DNA of 63,975 nucleotides, filler included, from an uncultured bacterium (lineage in GTDB: Bacteria; Hinthialibacterota; Hinthialibacteria; Hinthialibacterales; Hinthialibacteraceae), in assembly GCA_964449065.1 (NCBI GenBank). It is 5 parts of 5 records of this genome, joined end to end, with 100 filler letters (N's around TTAATTAATTAA, not from the genome) between each part and the next. Parts side by side here need not be neighbours in the genome. Positions count along the whole stretch, not along the records: positions 13,139 to 25,848 come from CAYVAZ010000138.1; positions 25,949 to 38,593 come from CAYVAZ010000139.1; 3 more parts are not named here. One strand, 5' to 3'. A model generated the notes under the pieces. The model was not told the DNA's origin. It did not search any database and saw nothing but the letters and a program-made list of their open reading frames with translations. Of this stretch, positions 20,263-29,677 are shown piece after piece. The position numbers and the translations under genes are program-made. Positions within the stretch are counted from its first letter, which is position 1. The number at the start of each line of letters is the position of its first letter.

Positions 20263-21227
20263 TGCGAATTTGGAATCCGAAATTGCTGCGCTATGTGGGT
20301 GTAGTAATCTTTTTGTACCTTATCTTTTTTCAAGTTGGGATTGTCGAGCTGTTTCAGCGTATCGGTTCGATGAACCTGTGGATATTGCTGCTGGTGTTTC
20401 CCATCAACTGGCTGCAATGGGGCGTGCGCGCGCTGCGCTGGCGGATATTGCTGCGCAATGAAGGGATTGAGATTCCATTGTTGGAAAATTATGTGGTGGG
20501 GTGTGCCAGCATCATGTTCGGGGTAGCCACACCGGGGCGCTTGGGTGAGTTTATCAAGGTGAAGTTTATCATGAATGCCGGACATACATTGCGGGGGGCT
20601 TTCTTATCATCATTCATTGAGCGGCTTTTTGATTTGGGGACATTGATAATCTTTGTGACGTTTGGAATTGCGGTGTGTTTGCCGTTGCTGCCGCGGCAAC
20701 TGTATACGTATGCCGCCATATTTATTTTATTTTTGGCGGGATGTTTCGGTTTGTTTTTGCTGCGAAGACGGATTCAAACGAAGTTTTTGGGGATGCTGCC
20801 GGAAACGCTTTCAGGCAATGTGGAAGAAAAGCTGGGGATGTTTAAGCAATCGGTGAAGCAAATCACCATAGGGCAATGGTTTGGTCTGACGGCGTATTCG
20901 CTGGCGGTTTGGGGATTGAATTACTTTATGATCTATTTGCTTTATCTTTCGACGGGAAATTCGATCGCGATTCATTACGCGTTCGCGTTTGCGGCGATTG
21001 GGTCGTTCGCGGGATTGATACCGTTATCGATTTTTGGAATTGGGATACGCGAACCGGTGTTTATCGGTTTGTTTACCATGCTGGGGTATGGTTTAGAGCA
21101 AGCCACCGATGAGAGTGTGTTGTTTGGGCTGATGTTTATGGTGCTGCTGTTGTATCACATCATTACCGGATTTCTCTGCTGGATGAGCCCGGTGATTCAG
21201 CCGTATTTGGGGGATATGGATTCATAA
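20262..21227 (+). CDS. Lysylphosphatidylglycerol synthase TM domain / flippase-like (UPF0104) protein
   Basis: RALRWRILL, TPGRLGEFIK, ERLFDL, GIGIRE; many TM helices. Confidence 0.85.
   Translation: MRIWNPKLLRYVGVVIFLYLIFFQVGIVELFQRIGSMNLWILLLVFPINWLQWGVRALRWRILLRNEGIEIPLLENYVVGCASIMFGVATPGRLGEFIKVKFIMNAGHTLRGAFLSSFIERLFDLGTLIIFVTFGIAVCLPLLPRQLYTYAAIFILFLAGCFGLFLLRRRIQTKFLGMLPETLSGNVEEKLGMFKQSVKQITIGQWFGLTAYSLAVWGLNYFMIYLLYLSTGNSIAIHYAFAFAAIGSFAGLIPLSIFGIGIREPVFIGLFTMLGYGLEQATDESVLFGLMFMVLLLYHIITGFLCWMSPVIQPYLGDMDS
21177..21214 (+). repeat. 38-bp direct repeat, left copy (3' end of the flippase-like gene)
   Basis: TGCTGGATGAGCCCGGTGATTCAGCCGTATTTGGGGGA; 37/38 identical to 21904-21941. Confidence 0.9.
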
Positions 21228-21300
21228 TGATTTAAAAAAGAATAATTGTATTAAATATTGAAAAACATATACTATACAAAAAGTAATTGGGAAGACACGA

Positions 21301-21567
21301 ATGTTAGAAAAAACGATTAAAACAATACAAGCCGGTTCAGACGGTCAATTATCCTTAAACGAATTCACGAAAGAAGGGGATTGTTTTCGGGTATTTGTTG
21401 ACGAGAAAAACCGGATTATTTTAGAGCCATTGGATAACATACCCGACAATGAAAAGTGGATATATGAAAATCCGGAAATCTTTGAAGATTTAAAGCAAGG
21501 GATGGAGCAATCGCAGAAAGGCGAAGTAAAAAGCCTTGGTTCGTTTGCTGAATATTTAGATGAATAA
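21301..21567 (+). CDS. Putative antitoxin
   Basis: Small acidic protein (IILEP..IPDNEKWIYENPE...SLGSFAEY) coupled to a RelE-like gene. Confidence 0.75.
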   Translation: MLEKTIKTIQAGSDGQLSLNEFTKEGDCFRVFVDEKNRIILEPLDNIPDNEKWIYENPEIFEDLKQGMEQSQKGEVKSLGSFAEYLDE

Positions 21568-21866
21568 TGTCTTTTCAACTTTTATTTTCATCCAATGCTG
21601 CTGCAGACTTTACACACCTCAAATCCCAACCAAATCGAAGAAAGCAATTTAAAGCCGTACGAAAAGCGCTCGCTTTTTTAGAATTGAATCCCAGACATCC
21701 CGGATTACAAACACATGAATACACATCTCTCACAAAAGAATTCGGTGTGAAAGTTTTCGAAGCATACGCTGAGCAAAATACACCTGAAGCATATCGAATA
21801 TTTTGGCATTACGGACCTGAGAAAGGTCAAATTACCATCATAGGTATCAAACCGCATCCAAAATAA
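21567..21866 (+). CDS. RelE/ParE-fold toxin
   Basis: NPRHPGLQTHEY..L....VFEAYAEQNTPEAYRIFWHYGP...ITIIGI.PHP. Confidence 0.75.
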   Translation: MSFQLLFSSNAAADFTHLKSQPNRRKQFKAVRKALAFLELNPRHPGLQTHEYTSLTKEFGVKVFEAYAEQNTPEAYRIFWHYGPEKGQITIIGIKPHPK

Positions 21867-21903
21867 GACTTCTATATTTAGAAACTCACTTCCATCACTT
21901 TGT

Positions 21904-21941
21904 TGCTGGATGAGCCTGGTGATTCAGCCGTATTTGGGGGA
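21904..21941 (+). repeat. 38-bp direct repeat, right copy
   Basis: TGCTGGATGAGCCTGGTGATTCAGCCGTATTTGGGGGA. Confidence 0.9.
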
Positions 21942-21944
21942 GGA

Positions 21945-22202
21945 TTAACCCACCTTTTGTTCCTCTGAAGCAGGAACACTTTCCAAATAGAGAGTATCAG
22001 GACAAAAATCTTGTCCATTCTTCCATCGAATAGAACCAAGATATGGTTTGACAGTTTGGAAAAGTTCGTATTGTTTGAGCTCCTGGAAAATACCGTTATT
22101 TAAATATGGTTTCACATCAAATATTTTTTCTTCACCGTTATCAAAGGTAATATGTAAAGCATAGTTATCCAAAGGATGAACATGTTTTATACGTGGATTC
22201 AT
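21945..22202 (-). CDS. DUF2442 domain protein (antitoxin-like)
   Basis: VHPLDNYALHITFDNGEEKIFDVKPYL..GIFQEL...W.NGQDFCPDTLY. Confidence 0.85.
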   Translation of the reverse strand: MNPRIKHVHPLDNYALHITFDNGEEKIFDVKPYLNNGIFQELKQYELFQTVKPYLGSIRWKNGQDFCPDTLYLESVPASEEQKVG

Positions 22203-22214
22203 ACAACACCTCCG

Positions 22215-22313
22215 TTACTTCAGTGGATCAATTTTAAAAATATTCTCACCATTGATGGCCAACTCCCAATTGGCCATGAGTTCATCTTTATGTATCTCGA
22301 TCCATGCTAGTAC
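22215..22313 (-). pseudogene. DUF4160 (toxin-like) C-terminal remnant
   Basis: VLAWIEIHKDELMANWELAINGENIFKIDPLK*; the N-terminal part is replaced from the CTAG at 22307 by repeat DNA. Confidence 0.78.
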
Positions 22314-22380
22314 AGTGTCAGACAAAAGTGCCGGGTAAGGTGAAAACCTTCTGGCTCGGCGGGAGCCTCGCTCTTTCCAA
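22307..22380. mobile_element. MITE-like element, family B, left-end fragment
   Basis: CTAGTACAGTGTCAGACAAAAG...GGGTAAGGTGAAAA...GGCTCGGCGGG matches 52066-52140. Confidence 0.65.
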
Positions 22381-22405
22381 AACGAACAAACTATTGACAA
22401 TTGCT

Positions 22406-22852
22406 TTAGCATCGTTTGTTGGTTGTAGGAAATTTTTCAATCCAGCTAATTAAATTGGAATAGGAACTCGTTATAACAAGATCATAAAATACACGGTCTG
22501 CCGTAACCAATACTGCATCATGTAATTCAGCAGTTGCTAGATACAAACAATCGTAAATAGGGTGATTGATATTGTTGGCCAATTCTAACGAACGATGCCA
22601 AATTGTATCAACAGGGATGAGTTGCAGAGGAGAATGTTCTTTGAATAATGTATTTACAGCATCAACGCAATCCTTAAACTCTAATTCGCCTCGATTCCGT
22701 ATTTTATTAACAGCGTTTAGACATTCATGAAATATAATGTCCGGCACAATGCGGTGGATATCGTCGGACAGAAAATATAGAGCCTGCTCATTTTGGATTT
22801 CATCAACTACCCATTTTACTGCAACACTGGCATCGATGATGTAAGTATTCAT
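22406..22852 (-). CDS. vapC: VapC PIN-domain toxin
   Basis: IIDASVAVKW, E..NA, IYDCLYLATAE...LVTADR. Confidence 0.9.
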   Translation of the reverse strand: MNTYIIDASVAVKWVVDEIQNEQALYFLSDDIHRIVPDIIFHECLNAVNKIRNRGELEFKDCVDAVNTLFKEHSPLQLIPVDTIWHRSLELANNINHPIYDCLYLATAELHDAVLVTADRVFYDLVITSSYSNLISWIEKFPTTNKRC

Positions 22853-23106
22853 CTATTGTCTCTAAGTTCGCGTATATCATCCGCACTATTGCTATTTACA
22901 CGTCCAATCCGCTTTCGCAAGGCAGCGGCTTTACTTTTGAATGTTTCCAGTATGTTGTCGGCAGAAGCGTATTCCTGTTTTTTAGGACTATTATTTAGAA
23001 CTGAATTGAGTAATGTGGCCGTTTCTTCTTCTATAGATTTACCTTCAGCTTGAGCCATCATTTTTAATTTTTGATACATATCATTTTCTATATTTAAATT
23101 CGGCAT
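22849..23106 (-). CDS. FitA/Arc-like ribbon-helix-helix antitoxin
   Basis: MPNLNIEND.YQKLK..AQAEGKSIEEE...SADDIRELRD; ATGA overlap with vapC. Confidence 0.8.
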   Translation of the reverse strand: MPNLNIENDMYQKLKMMAQAEGKSIEEETATLLNSVLNNSPKKQEYASADNILETFKSKAAALRKRIGRVNSNSADDIRELRDNR

Positions 23107-23149
23107 CGATACGCTCCAATTGGGATTGAATAATTAAATTATATCACGA

Positions 23150-25708
23150 TTAAAACTGTATTTCCATGATTTTGTTGTTGGATTCGCTTATAGATTCTAT
23201 GCCTTTTTGTGTTTTGAACTTCTCTGTTCCGGGTTCGCCTATGTTGACGGTGTAGGTGCCTTGGGCAAAGACTTTGGGTCGGAATTCCGTGCCGTTGATT
23301 CGTAAGGTGTAGATCACTTCATTGGTGCTTTCATCAATGATTTGGACGACGGGGTCTTCCATGCCCTCTACTTGAATTATGGGCAAATAGGCAGCCGCTT
23401 TTTTGCCATAGTTTTCCAGTTGGTTGATGACAATTGGCCAGCCTTCATATTGGGGTGCGTTGGGTTGGCTGGGGTCAGCGAAACGGGGCCAGTTTTCCAT
23501 GGTGATATCGCGTGTGGTTTTGTTGAGGCGGATGATGCCGTAGCCGGGCATATTGTTGTGCAGGGCCGCGGGGTCGTGCCCCATATCTTGGCCGGGGTTG
23601 GTGTGGGCATAGACCGTGATGTAATTGCCTAAACCGTCGCGGTATTCGCCGGTGTGTTCCTGCCCGTTGCCTGGAATGGGGGCATTTGGTTCGCCAAGCG
23701 GGACCCAAGCGCGGGGGTAGAAATTGGCGATGGAGGGCACGGTGAAAGACCATCCCGCGTCGTTCCAGGTATCGATACCGTGATGGAGGACGGTGGCAAG
23801 GTGCTGGTCTCCGCCGTACATAAACGCAAAGCATTTGCGCAACGCCCGCAGGGCGCGGGCGCGCCCGCTTTGGGGCCAGCCGTTGGAGTCTAAATCGGCA
23901 TGCAACCGCATAAGGTTGCCGCCGTGCAGGGTGGCCGCGTTGGCGAAGACGGTTTGGGAAAGCGCGATTTTGAATTCGGCATTGCGCCAATTTTTGCCCC
24001 AGTCATCTAAGAATTGAAGTTGGCGGTCGCCTAATAATTTCAATTGCGGTTGATCCAAACGTGACACATCAAAGTTGGGATCATCCACGTGGTCGGCTCG
24101 GCCGGTTTTTCCGGGGATGAGGCCTGCGCAACCGGATTTGAATTTACGGTCTTCGATGATGGCGAAATCAACGCGGCCATAATTCATGTTGGTGTAATAA
24201 ACCCCGATGCCTTGTTCGATGGGGGTGGGGTCATAGGGGTCGGGCAGGTTGCTGACTTGCGTGTGTTCCACCATCTTGACCCATTCAGCGGGCATAACAT
24301 ACCCGCCTTTGTCGTCTTTGTCAGTCGGTCTGCCCCCAGCACCCCAAATGTTGCCTTGATAGACATCGTGGTCATCGGGAATGGAGATGGTGGGTCTATC
24401 TTTAGTTAGATCGCGGAAGGCCCAGCACCATAGATACCATTTATACAAATAATCTAAATACGGTTCTTGGCGGTCGGCATACGTGGGGCTGGCGCCTTCA
24501 TAAAGTTGATCGCCGCTGAAGAACAAGACATCNNNNNNNNNNGGATCATGATAAGCCACACTTTCTACGATATCATTATGGGGAAACCACACGCCGCTTT
24601 CGTTCCATTGGAAGTATTTGCCGCCAACGCCGCGCTGGGTGTTGTGGTTGCCCGTGAATCCCGCGACGACAATGGATTCTTTGTCGACGGGGTCGCGGCG
24701 GATGAGACCCTCGTAGATTTTTTCAACGGCTAAGTCCGGTCTTTCTTGGTATACATATGTTACACGGTAGGGAATGTGTTTAGTGGCATCCCAGTTTTCA
24801 ACCCGAAAGTTGGCCACATATCCCGGTGTGATTATTTTTGTATGAGCGATGGGCTTCCAAAGGTCGTTGTCTTTGATATGCAACACGACTTCTTGGTTTT
24901 CTGGAGTTCCAACCGGCATGAGTTGCGCGGTCAGCTTCAAGATGTTGCGGCTCAGGGTGTATTGGGCGGAGAGGATGGGGCCAATTTCGCGGGAAGGGTC
25001 GTAGTCAATTTTGGAACCGGAAATTTCAATAGAGTTAAACCAAAATCTCCCGCCATCTCCAGGATGGGAAACGAGGGCGATATTGCCGGAGAATGTTCCT
25101 TTGCTTTTAAATACGATTTGTTTATGATCATTCGGGTTGGTTTCGTCCTTCAAAAAGATCGTGAGTTCATCGCCATTGGATTGACAGGTAATTCTTAATT
25201 TACGAGTTGAAGTGCTTGCAGCGTTAGACTCACCGGATATGAGAGTTTGAATATTATTGGTACCGCTGTTCATGTCTTGAATGATTAATTGACCTTGGCC
25301 ATTCACTCCAACAAAATAACCGGCTCCAGGACCCATGGCGTGGTGAACGAGAGAGGCGGCGCGGAAATCCACGGTGGGTCCCGCTCCAATCAGAACGCCG
25401 GCTTTGGAGTTATCTGATACGGCCCCTAAAGTTCCCAGTTGCATCTGGATATCAAAACGGCCATCGCCATCATTTATACGGTGGGTGGTGAAGTGGGCGG
25501 TGCGCATTTCAAAGCGCTTTTGGTCTTTGGTGCATTCGATGCGGCCGTCATGAATTTGCCAGTCTTGCAGGCGGTTGCCCCACAAATCCGGCCCCAGCCA
25601 GGTGCGGGTAACATCTTGGGGTATATCGATGAATTCTGCGATTGAGAGAATTGGGGTGCCGATAAGAGCAATGAAAAGAGTTAATGAGAATGCCAAACGT
25701 GTGATCAT
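23150..25708 (-). CDS. Alkaline phosphatase D (PhoD-like) family secreted protein, contains a 10-N gap
   Basis: Signal peptide; SGDQLYEG, PDDHDVYQGN, GDQH metallophosphatase motifs. Confidence 0.85.
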   Translation of the reverse strand: MITRLAFSLTLFIALIGTPILSIAEFIDIPQDVTRTWLGPDLWGNRLQDWQIHDGRIECTKDQKRFEMRTAHFTTHRINDGDGRFDIQMQLGTLGAVSDNSKAGVLIGAGPTVDFRAASLVHHAMGPGAGYFVGVNGQGQLIIQDMNSGTNNIQTLISGESNAASTSTRKLRITCQSNGDELTIFLKDETNPNDHKQIVFKSKGTFSGNIALVSHPGDGGRFWFNSIEISGSKIDYDPSREIGPILSAQYTLSRNILKLTAQLMPVGTPENQEVVLHIKDNDLWKPIAHTKIITPGYVANFRVENWDATKHIPYRVTYVYQERPDLAVEKIYEGLIRRDPVDKESIVVAGFTGNHNTQRGVGGKYFQWNESGVWFPHNDIVESVAYHDXXXXDVLFFSGDQLYEGASPTYADRQEPYLDYLYKWYLWCWAFRDLTKDRPTISIPDDHDVYQGNIWGAGGRPTDKDDKGGYVMPAEWVKMVEHTQVSNLPDPYDPTPIEQGIGVYYTNMNYGRVDFAIIEDRKFKSGCAGLIPGKTGRADHVDDPNFDVSRLDQPQLKLLGDRQLQFLDDWGKNWRNAEFKIALSQTVFANAATLHGGNLMRLHADLDSNGWPQSGRARALRALRKCFAFMYGGDQHLATVLHHGIDTWNDAGWSFTVPSIANFYPRAWVPLGEPNAPIPGNGQEHTGEYRDGLGNYITVYAHTNPGQDMGHDPAALHNNMPGYGIIRLNKTTRDITMENWPRFADPSQPNAPQYEGWPIVINQLENYGKKAAAYLPIIQVEGMEDPVVQIIDESTNEVIYTLRINGTEFRPKVFAQGTYTVNIGEPGTEKFKTQKGIESISESNNKIMEIQF

Positions 25709-25797
25709 GATATGTTTCCTCGATTTGAATGGATTGAATGACAATATCATAACGGAAAGTCTAGCGGTATTTCAACTACTACAGGTTATATAAATAA

Positions 25798-25848
25798 CTG
25801 ATGTTACGCAATCCATGATTGACGATTGCTTGATAAATGGTTTTTGTT
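25798..25848. mobile_element. End of a multicopy element (family C terminal repeat) at a contig break
   Basis: CTGATGTTACGCAATCCATGATTG...AATGGTTTTTGTT matches the reverse complement of 38698-38748. Confidence 0.7.
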
Positions 25849-26049
25849 NNNNNNNNNNNNNNNNNNNNNNNNNNNNNNNNNNNNNNNNNNNNTTAATTAA
25901 TTAANNNNNNNNNNNNNNNNNNNNNNNNNNNNNNNNNNNNNNNNNNNNTTTGCTTTGTGAGTGGTGGGAAGTGTTGATTCTTGAATCCCCCCCCTACAAT
26001 CGTAGGGCAATTAATCAATAACATCTTCACTGCAACTTGGTATTCAACC

Positions 26050-27855
26050 TCAGCTTTGTTTTTTGATCTCGGACGAAGCGGCATAACTGATGATGATTCC
26101 CAAAAAGATCATCGCCCCGCTATACATTAAAAAGAAAACATAATTCCCAAATCCCCAATCCGGTTCTATAAACACGTAGATGGGCGATAAGACAAAAACA
26201 TTTTTTTCAAAAAAAGCCACCAGTTGAATCACCGCGTTGTCGGAACGAGTACGCAAAACGAAGTAAATAAAACAAAACGCCATCAGATAGAACAAAAACG
26301 GCGCCAGAAAGTGAAAGAGGATCACGATAAAGGTATTGCGGTGAGGGGAAAACCGTTTCTTCTTCGCTTTGGTTGAATACAACACCGCAACCGAGCAGTA
26401 AAAGAACATACACGCCGAAAAGAACACCAACACAAAAAAGCACTGCAACAAATACCCCCAAGAATTTTGCAGATGAAAGACTTGGGATATCGCTAAAAAG
26501 GTCAACAAAAACGAGATAGTGATCCCTAACAGCGGCAGAGAAGCTTGCAAAAAGCCGTTCAGAATCTTGCCTTGAATGATGTGGGGTGATTTGATCAGCG
26601 TGGTCCGCAATAGATCCCAAGTGTCTTTTTGGTATTCAACCATAACGGAGTAGCTGGGGGTAACCGGTGAAAACAGCACTACAATCACGGTGCAAAACAC
26701 ACAGAGCATATAATACAAAAATTCGGCGGGAATTTTGTCCACTTCCGGGATGATTTTATACAGCGCGAACCAAGTTAACGCGGCGGTCACAAACAGGGCC
26801 CCGATGAGGATGTTGCGTTCGTTGGAAAGAAATTTGCGGTTCAACAGCAAGCGTTCTTTTTGAAACACGACATAATTATTGTCGCTAAACACCGGTTCCC
26901 GGTAAGATGTTTCAGATGACTTTTCGTTTGTCTCTTGAGGTTTTGGTTTTCGTTTGAATAGGTTGATCCCACCCAGCATGTTGGCGTAAGTGAATTTCGT
27001 TGAGAGCCGGCTGCTGAACACACGGAAAATCATGCAGGTCAGGATGAACAGAAGCAAAGCGAAGATGAGATTGGATATCCCGGTGATATAGCCGGAGTTT
27101 GTGACATAAAATGTAACAAGCCGCTCAAAAGTCTCTTGCGAGAATCCTGTTTCTTGCCCCGGTAGAAGGGATGCATTGGGCATGGAGTTTGGCAATTGGA
27201 TCATTAAAATCGCGTAAAACGGATTGATGAGGGTGCTTAGCGCCATCAACAAAATAACCCAATAATTATAACCGGTCACTGCGGCAATCATTGCGCCAAA
27301 AACGGATGGTCCCAGATAAATGAATAAAAGAATGGTAATGGCATAGCGTCCCGCTATATTGGATGAGACTGAGATCAAAGAGATGAAAGTCCCCATCATG
27401 GCAACCGAGCAGTAAAACCCGATCAAGACCACCATACACTGCGTCATCTCCTCCCATGAAATTCCCCCGGCGATGGAACTGAAATAGAAAAAGGGCAGCA
27501 TGGCCATCAGAAAAAAGAGCGAATAAAGCAGCGTGGCCAGCACCTTGCCGCCAATGATGGCGGTATGGCTCATCGGGGTGGTCATCATCAGGTCGAGGGT
27601 TTCTTCTTCACGCTCGCGCACAATGCTGGAAGCGGACATGGTCGCGATCGGGATGCCGATCAGCATGGCAACATAAACCATGGGAAAAAAAATGTTTCTT
27701 CCCCCCTCAGAAAGATCTGCCCCCTGGTCTTTCACAAAGGCGTAGGCAATACAAAATACAACCGCGGAAAAGAGCAATAAACTCATCAAGCTGAAGAACC
27801 GGTTGGGCATTCGCAGATGGGTTAGGATTTCTCTGGTAATGATCGGATTGTTCAT
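26050..27855 (-). CDS. ABC-2-type transporter permease, duplicated architecture
   Basis: NPIITRE; SIVREREEETLDLMMTTPM...IIGGK, repeated as EYQKDTWDLLRTT...IIQGK. Confidence 0.82.
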   Translation of the reverse strand: MNNPIITREILTHLRMPNRFFSLMSLLLFSAVVFCIAYAFVKDQGADLSEGGRNIFFPMVYVAMLIGIPIATMSASSIVREREEETLDLMMTTPMSHTAIIGGKVLATLLYSLFFLMAMLPFFYFSSIAGGISWEEMTQCMVVLIGFYCSVAMMGTFISLISVSSNIAGRYAITILLFIYLGPSVFGAMIAAVTGYNYWVILLMALSTLINPFYAILMIQLPNSMPNASLLPGQETGFSQETFERLVTFYVTNSGYITGISNLIFALLLFILTCMIFRVFSSRLSTKFTYANMLGGINLFKRKPKPQETNEKSSETSYREPVFSDNNYVVFQKERLLLNRKFLSNERNILIGALFVTAALTWFALYKIIPEVDKIPAEFLYYMLCVFCTVIVVLFSPVTPSYSVMVEYQKDTWDLLRTTLIKSPHIIQGKILNGFLQASLPLLGITISFLLTFLAISQVFHLQNSWGYLLQCFFVLVFFSACMFFYCSVAVLYSTKAKKKRFSPHRNTFIVILFHFLAPFLFYLMAFCFIYFVLRTRSDNAVIQLVAFFEKNVFVLSPIYVFIEPDWGFGNYVFFLMYSGAMIFLGIIISYAASSEIKKQS

Positions 27856-27920
27856 CAATTGTTTACCGCTTCCCAAATTGGATTGTAATTGAAAGTCGTT
27901 GCCAAAAGTATACTCGTTTT

Positions 27921-27945
27921 GGGAGGGCGAGGCTCCCGCCGAGCC
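27921..27945 (-). repeat. REP-like 25-mer GGCTCGGCGGGAGCCTCGCCCTCCC
   Basis: Perfect copy; variants at 12868, 22353, 28102, 31293, 31384, 52113 and 52289. Confidence 0.85.
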
Positions 27946-27983
27946 GGAAGTACTTCCCCTAATCGACTCATTCTATTAGTAGG

Positions 27984-28126
27984 GTAGGGTGGGCTCAACA
28001 CTCTTATTACTATAGAAAACGCTTCATGTAAAAGCGGGTGTATGCCTAATTCCAATCATACGGCATTTGTCCGGCAGCCCACGTCTCACGAAGCAAACCT
28101 TGGGAGGGCGAGGCTCCCGCTAAGCC
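27984..28126 (-). repeat. 143-bp structured composite repeat, copy 2
   Basis: The reverse complement is colinear with 12868-13009. Confidence 0.75.
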
Positions 28127-28207
28127 GAAAGCGCCTCCCCCAAATCTAATCATTCTTTTATTAAGATAGAATAAAGATTGCCATCTGTCCGCCAATCTTG
28201 AATAAAA

Positions 28208-29623
28208 TTATTGATAATTTATACGGTTAAATACCGGAATTATTTCCCGCGATTGATCCGGTGTGATCTCTACATTCCCATCTGGTGTCAATGCGTAGAC
28301 CATAAAATCATACCGCTGATGCATTCGCGGCCCGGAGCGGAAATCCGGATGGATGCGTTCGGCATTTGTGCTCCAAACCAACTCGTTTTGCTCTCCTGAC
28401 GCGGAGCGGCCTAAATACGCATATTTTGTTTCATCTCTTTCTTTCACATACACGTGATAATCCGTTGCATTGGGGATGAGTTGGTTCCAGGCAATCGTGA
28501 TTTCCCGTTCGCCCCGCCATTTCCGTTTGTCTTCATCCTCATTCGGGTTGATGTGTCCGAACGCAAGATGATCCGCGTGATCCCAATACCAGTTCCACAC
28601 CGCCGCTGCCGCAATGCGGGCCTTATAGCGTTTGCCTTCTTCTGTCGTATGTACCGCATCGCTGAACCAATCCTGCTGGTCTTCAAATCGTTCCGCGAAA
28701 TTGAGGTACGCGGTTTGGGTTTGGCGTGCGGCATTCTTCATGATCTCATTATGTTCTTGAATCATGGGCCGGGTCTTTGCCGGGCTTTTTTCTTTGTGAA
28801 AAGGCATATCGGCAAGGATGAGGTGGGCGTTGTTCTTCGTTGCCAGTTTGATAAACGAATCCAGATTGCGTTGGTAGGTTTGCTCTGAATTCGGGGCAGG
28901 TTTTGGCAACCGTTCCTCCTTAGGGATATTGCGAATGACAAAGTTTTGCAGGTGATGCACCATAAATCCCCGTTTTTGGATGATGCCGTTTGTTACAAAG
29001 CTGTATCGGCTGAACCAGCGCAAAAGAAGCCCGGTTTGATCCTGCCAATGGGTGCGGAAGTTGGTGTAATCCGGCTTAAACTCTCCCCAAACACGCGGCA
29101 TGGCGTCGTTGGCGCCATGATGAAGGATGATGATATCGGGCGAGAAATCCTGCACGCGGATGCTGTAGTTGATCAGGCTTTCTTGCAGCGTCCATCCGTC
29201 ACAGCCAAAGTCCATCACCTCAAACATGGGAGTCTCCGTTTCGCTGTGAAGATACAAACGCAGCGCGATGGGGTATTTTTCGCGGGTGGTGGATCCCCCC
29301 AGACAGGCAATACGGATTTTATCCTTGGGCTTCGCGAAGGAATAATAGCGGTTGTTGATGGTCATTCCGTTTTCGGCATATTTCGTATCGGTACGAGCGT
29401 AGGATAAATACGGATGCGGTTTATACTTCTCGGTGGAGATATCCTCCCGCGCGACGTGGATGTATTTTTGGATGACCTTGTATTGATTCGGCATAAAGCA
29501 ATACAACAATGCCCGGTAGCCGGTTTCGACAATCAATAAAGCAAAGAAAATCGACGCGACCACAAGCAGTGAGTTGACGATATCTTTCCGTGAAGGTTTC
29601 GCGATCATTTGTTGGCCTACCAC
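28208..29623 (-). CDS. Membrane-anchored SGNH/GDSL hydrolase with a C-terminal FN3-like domain
   Basis: TM helix, CLGGSTT, HGAND, FSDAVHTT; C-terminal IAWN....DYHVYV...YLGR...YDFMVYA. Confidence 0.8.
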   Translation of the reverse strand: MVGQQMIAKPSRKDIVNSLLVVASIFFALLIVETGYRALLYCFMPNQYKVIQKYIHVAREDISTEKYKPHPYLSYARTDTKYAENGMTINNRYYSFAKPKDKIRIACLGGSTTREKYPIALRLYLHSETETPMFEVMDFGCDGWTLQESLINYSIRVQDFSPDIIILHHGANDAMPRVWGEFKPDYTNFRTHWQDQTGLLLRWFSRYSFVTNGIIQKRGFMVHHLQNFVIRNIPKEERLPKPAPNSEQTYQRNLDSFIKLATKNNAHLILADMPFHKEKSPAKTRPMIQEHNEIMKNAARQTQTAYLNFAERFEDQQDWFSDAVHTTEEGKRYKARIAAAAVWNWYWDHADHLAFGHINPNEDEDKRKWRGEREITIAWNQLIPNATDYHVYVKERDETKYAYLGRSASGEQNELVWSTNAERIHPDFRSGPRMHQRYDFMVYALTPDGNVEITPDQSREIIPVFNRINYQ

Positions 29624-29677
29624 TCCATTGTATAGACAGAAAGTAAAATCATATCATACTGTTATTACGAAGAAAGA

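Noticed and set aside
22215..22412. 65-aa ORF as an intact gene
   Set aside because: It is a chimera of repeat-derived sequence and a DUF4160 C-terminal remnant.
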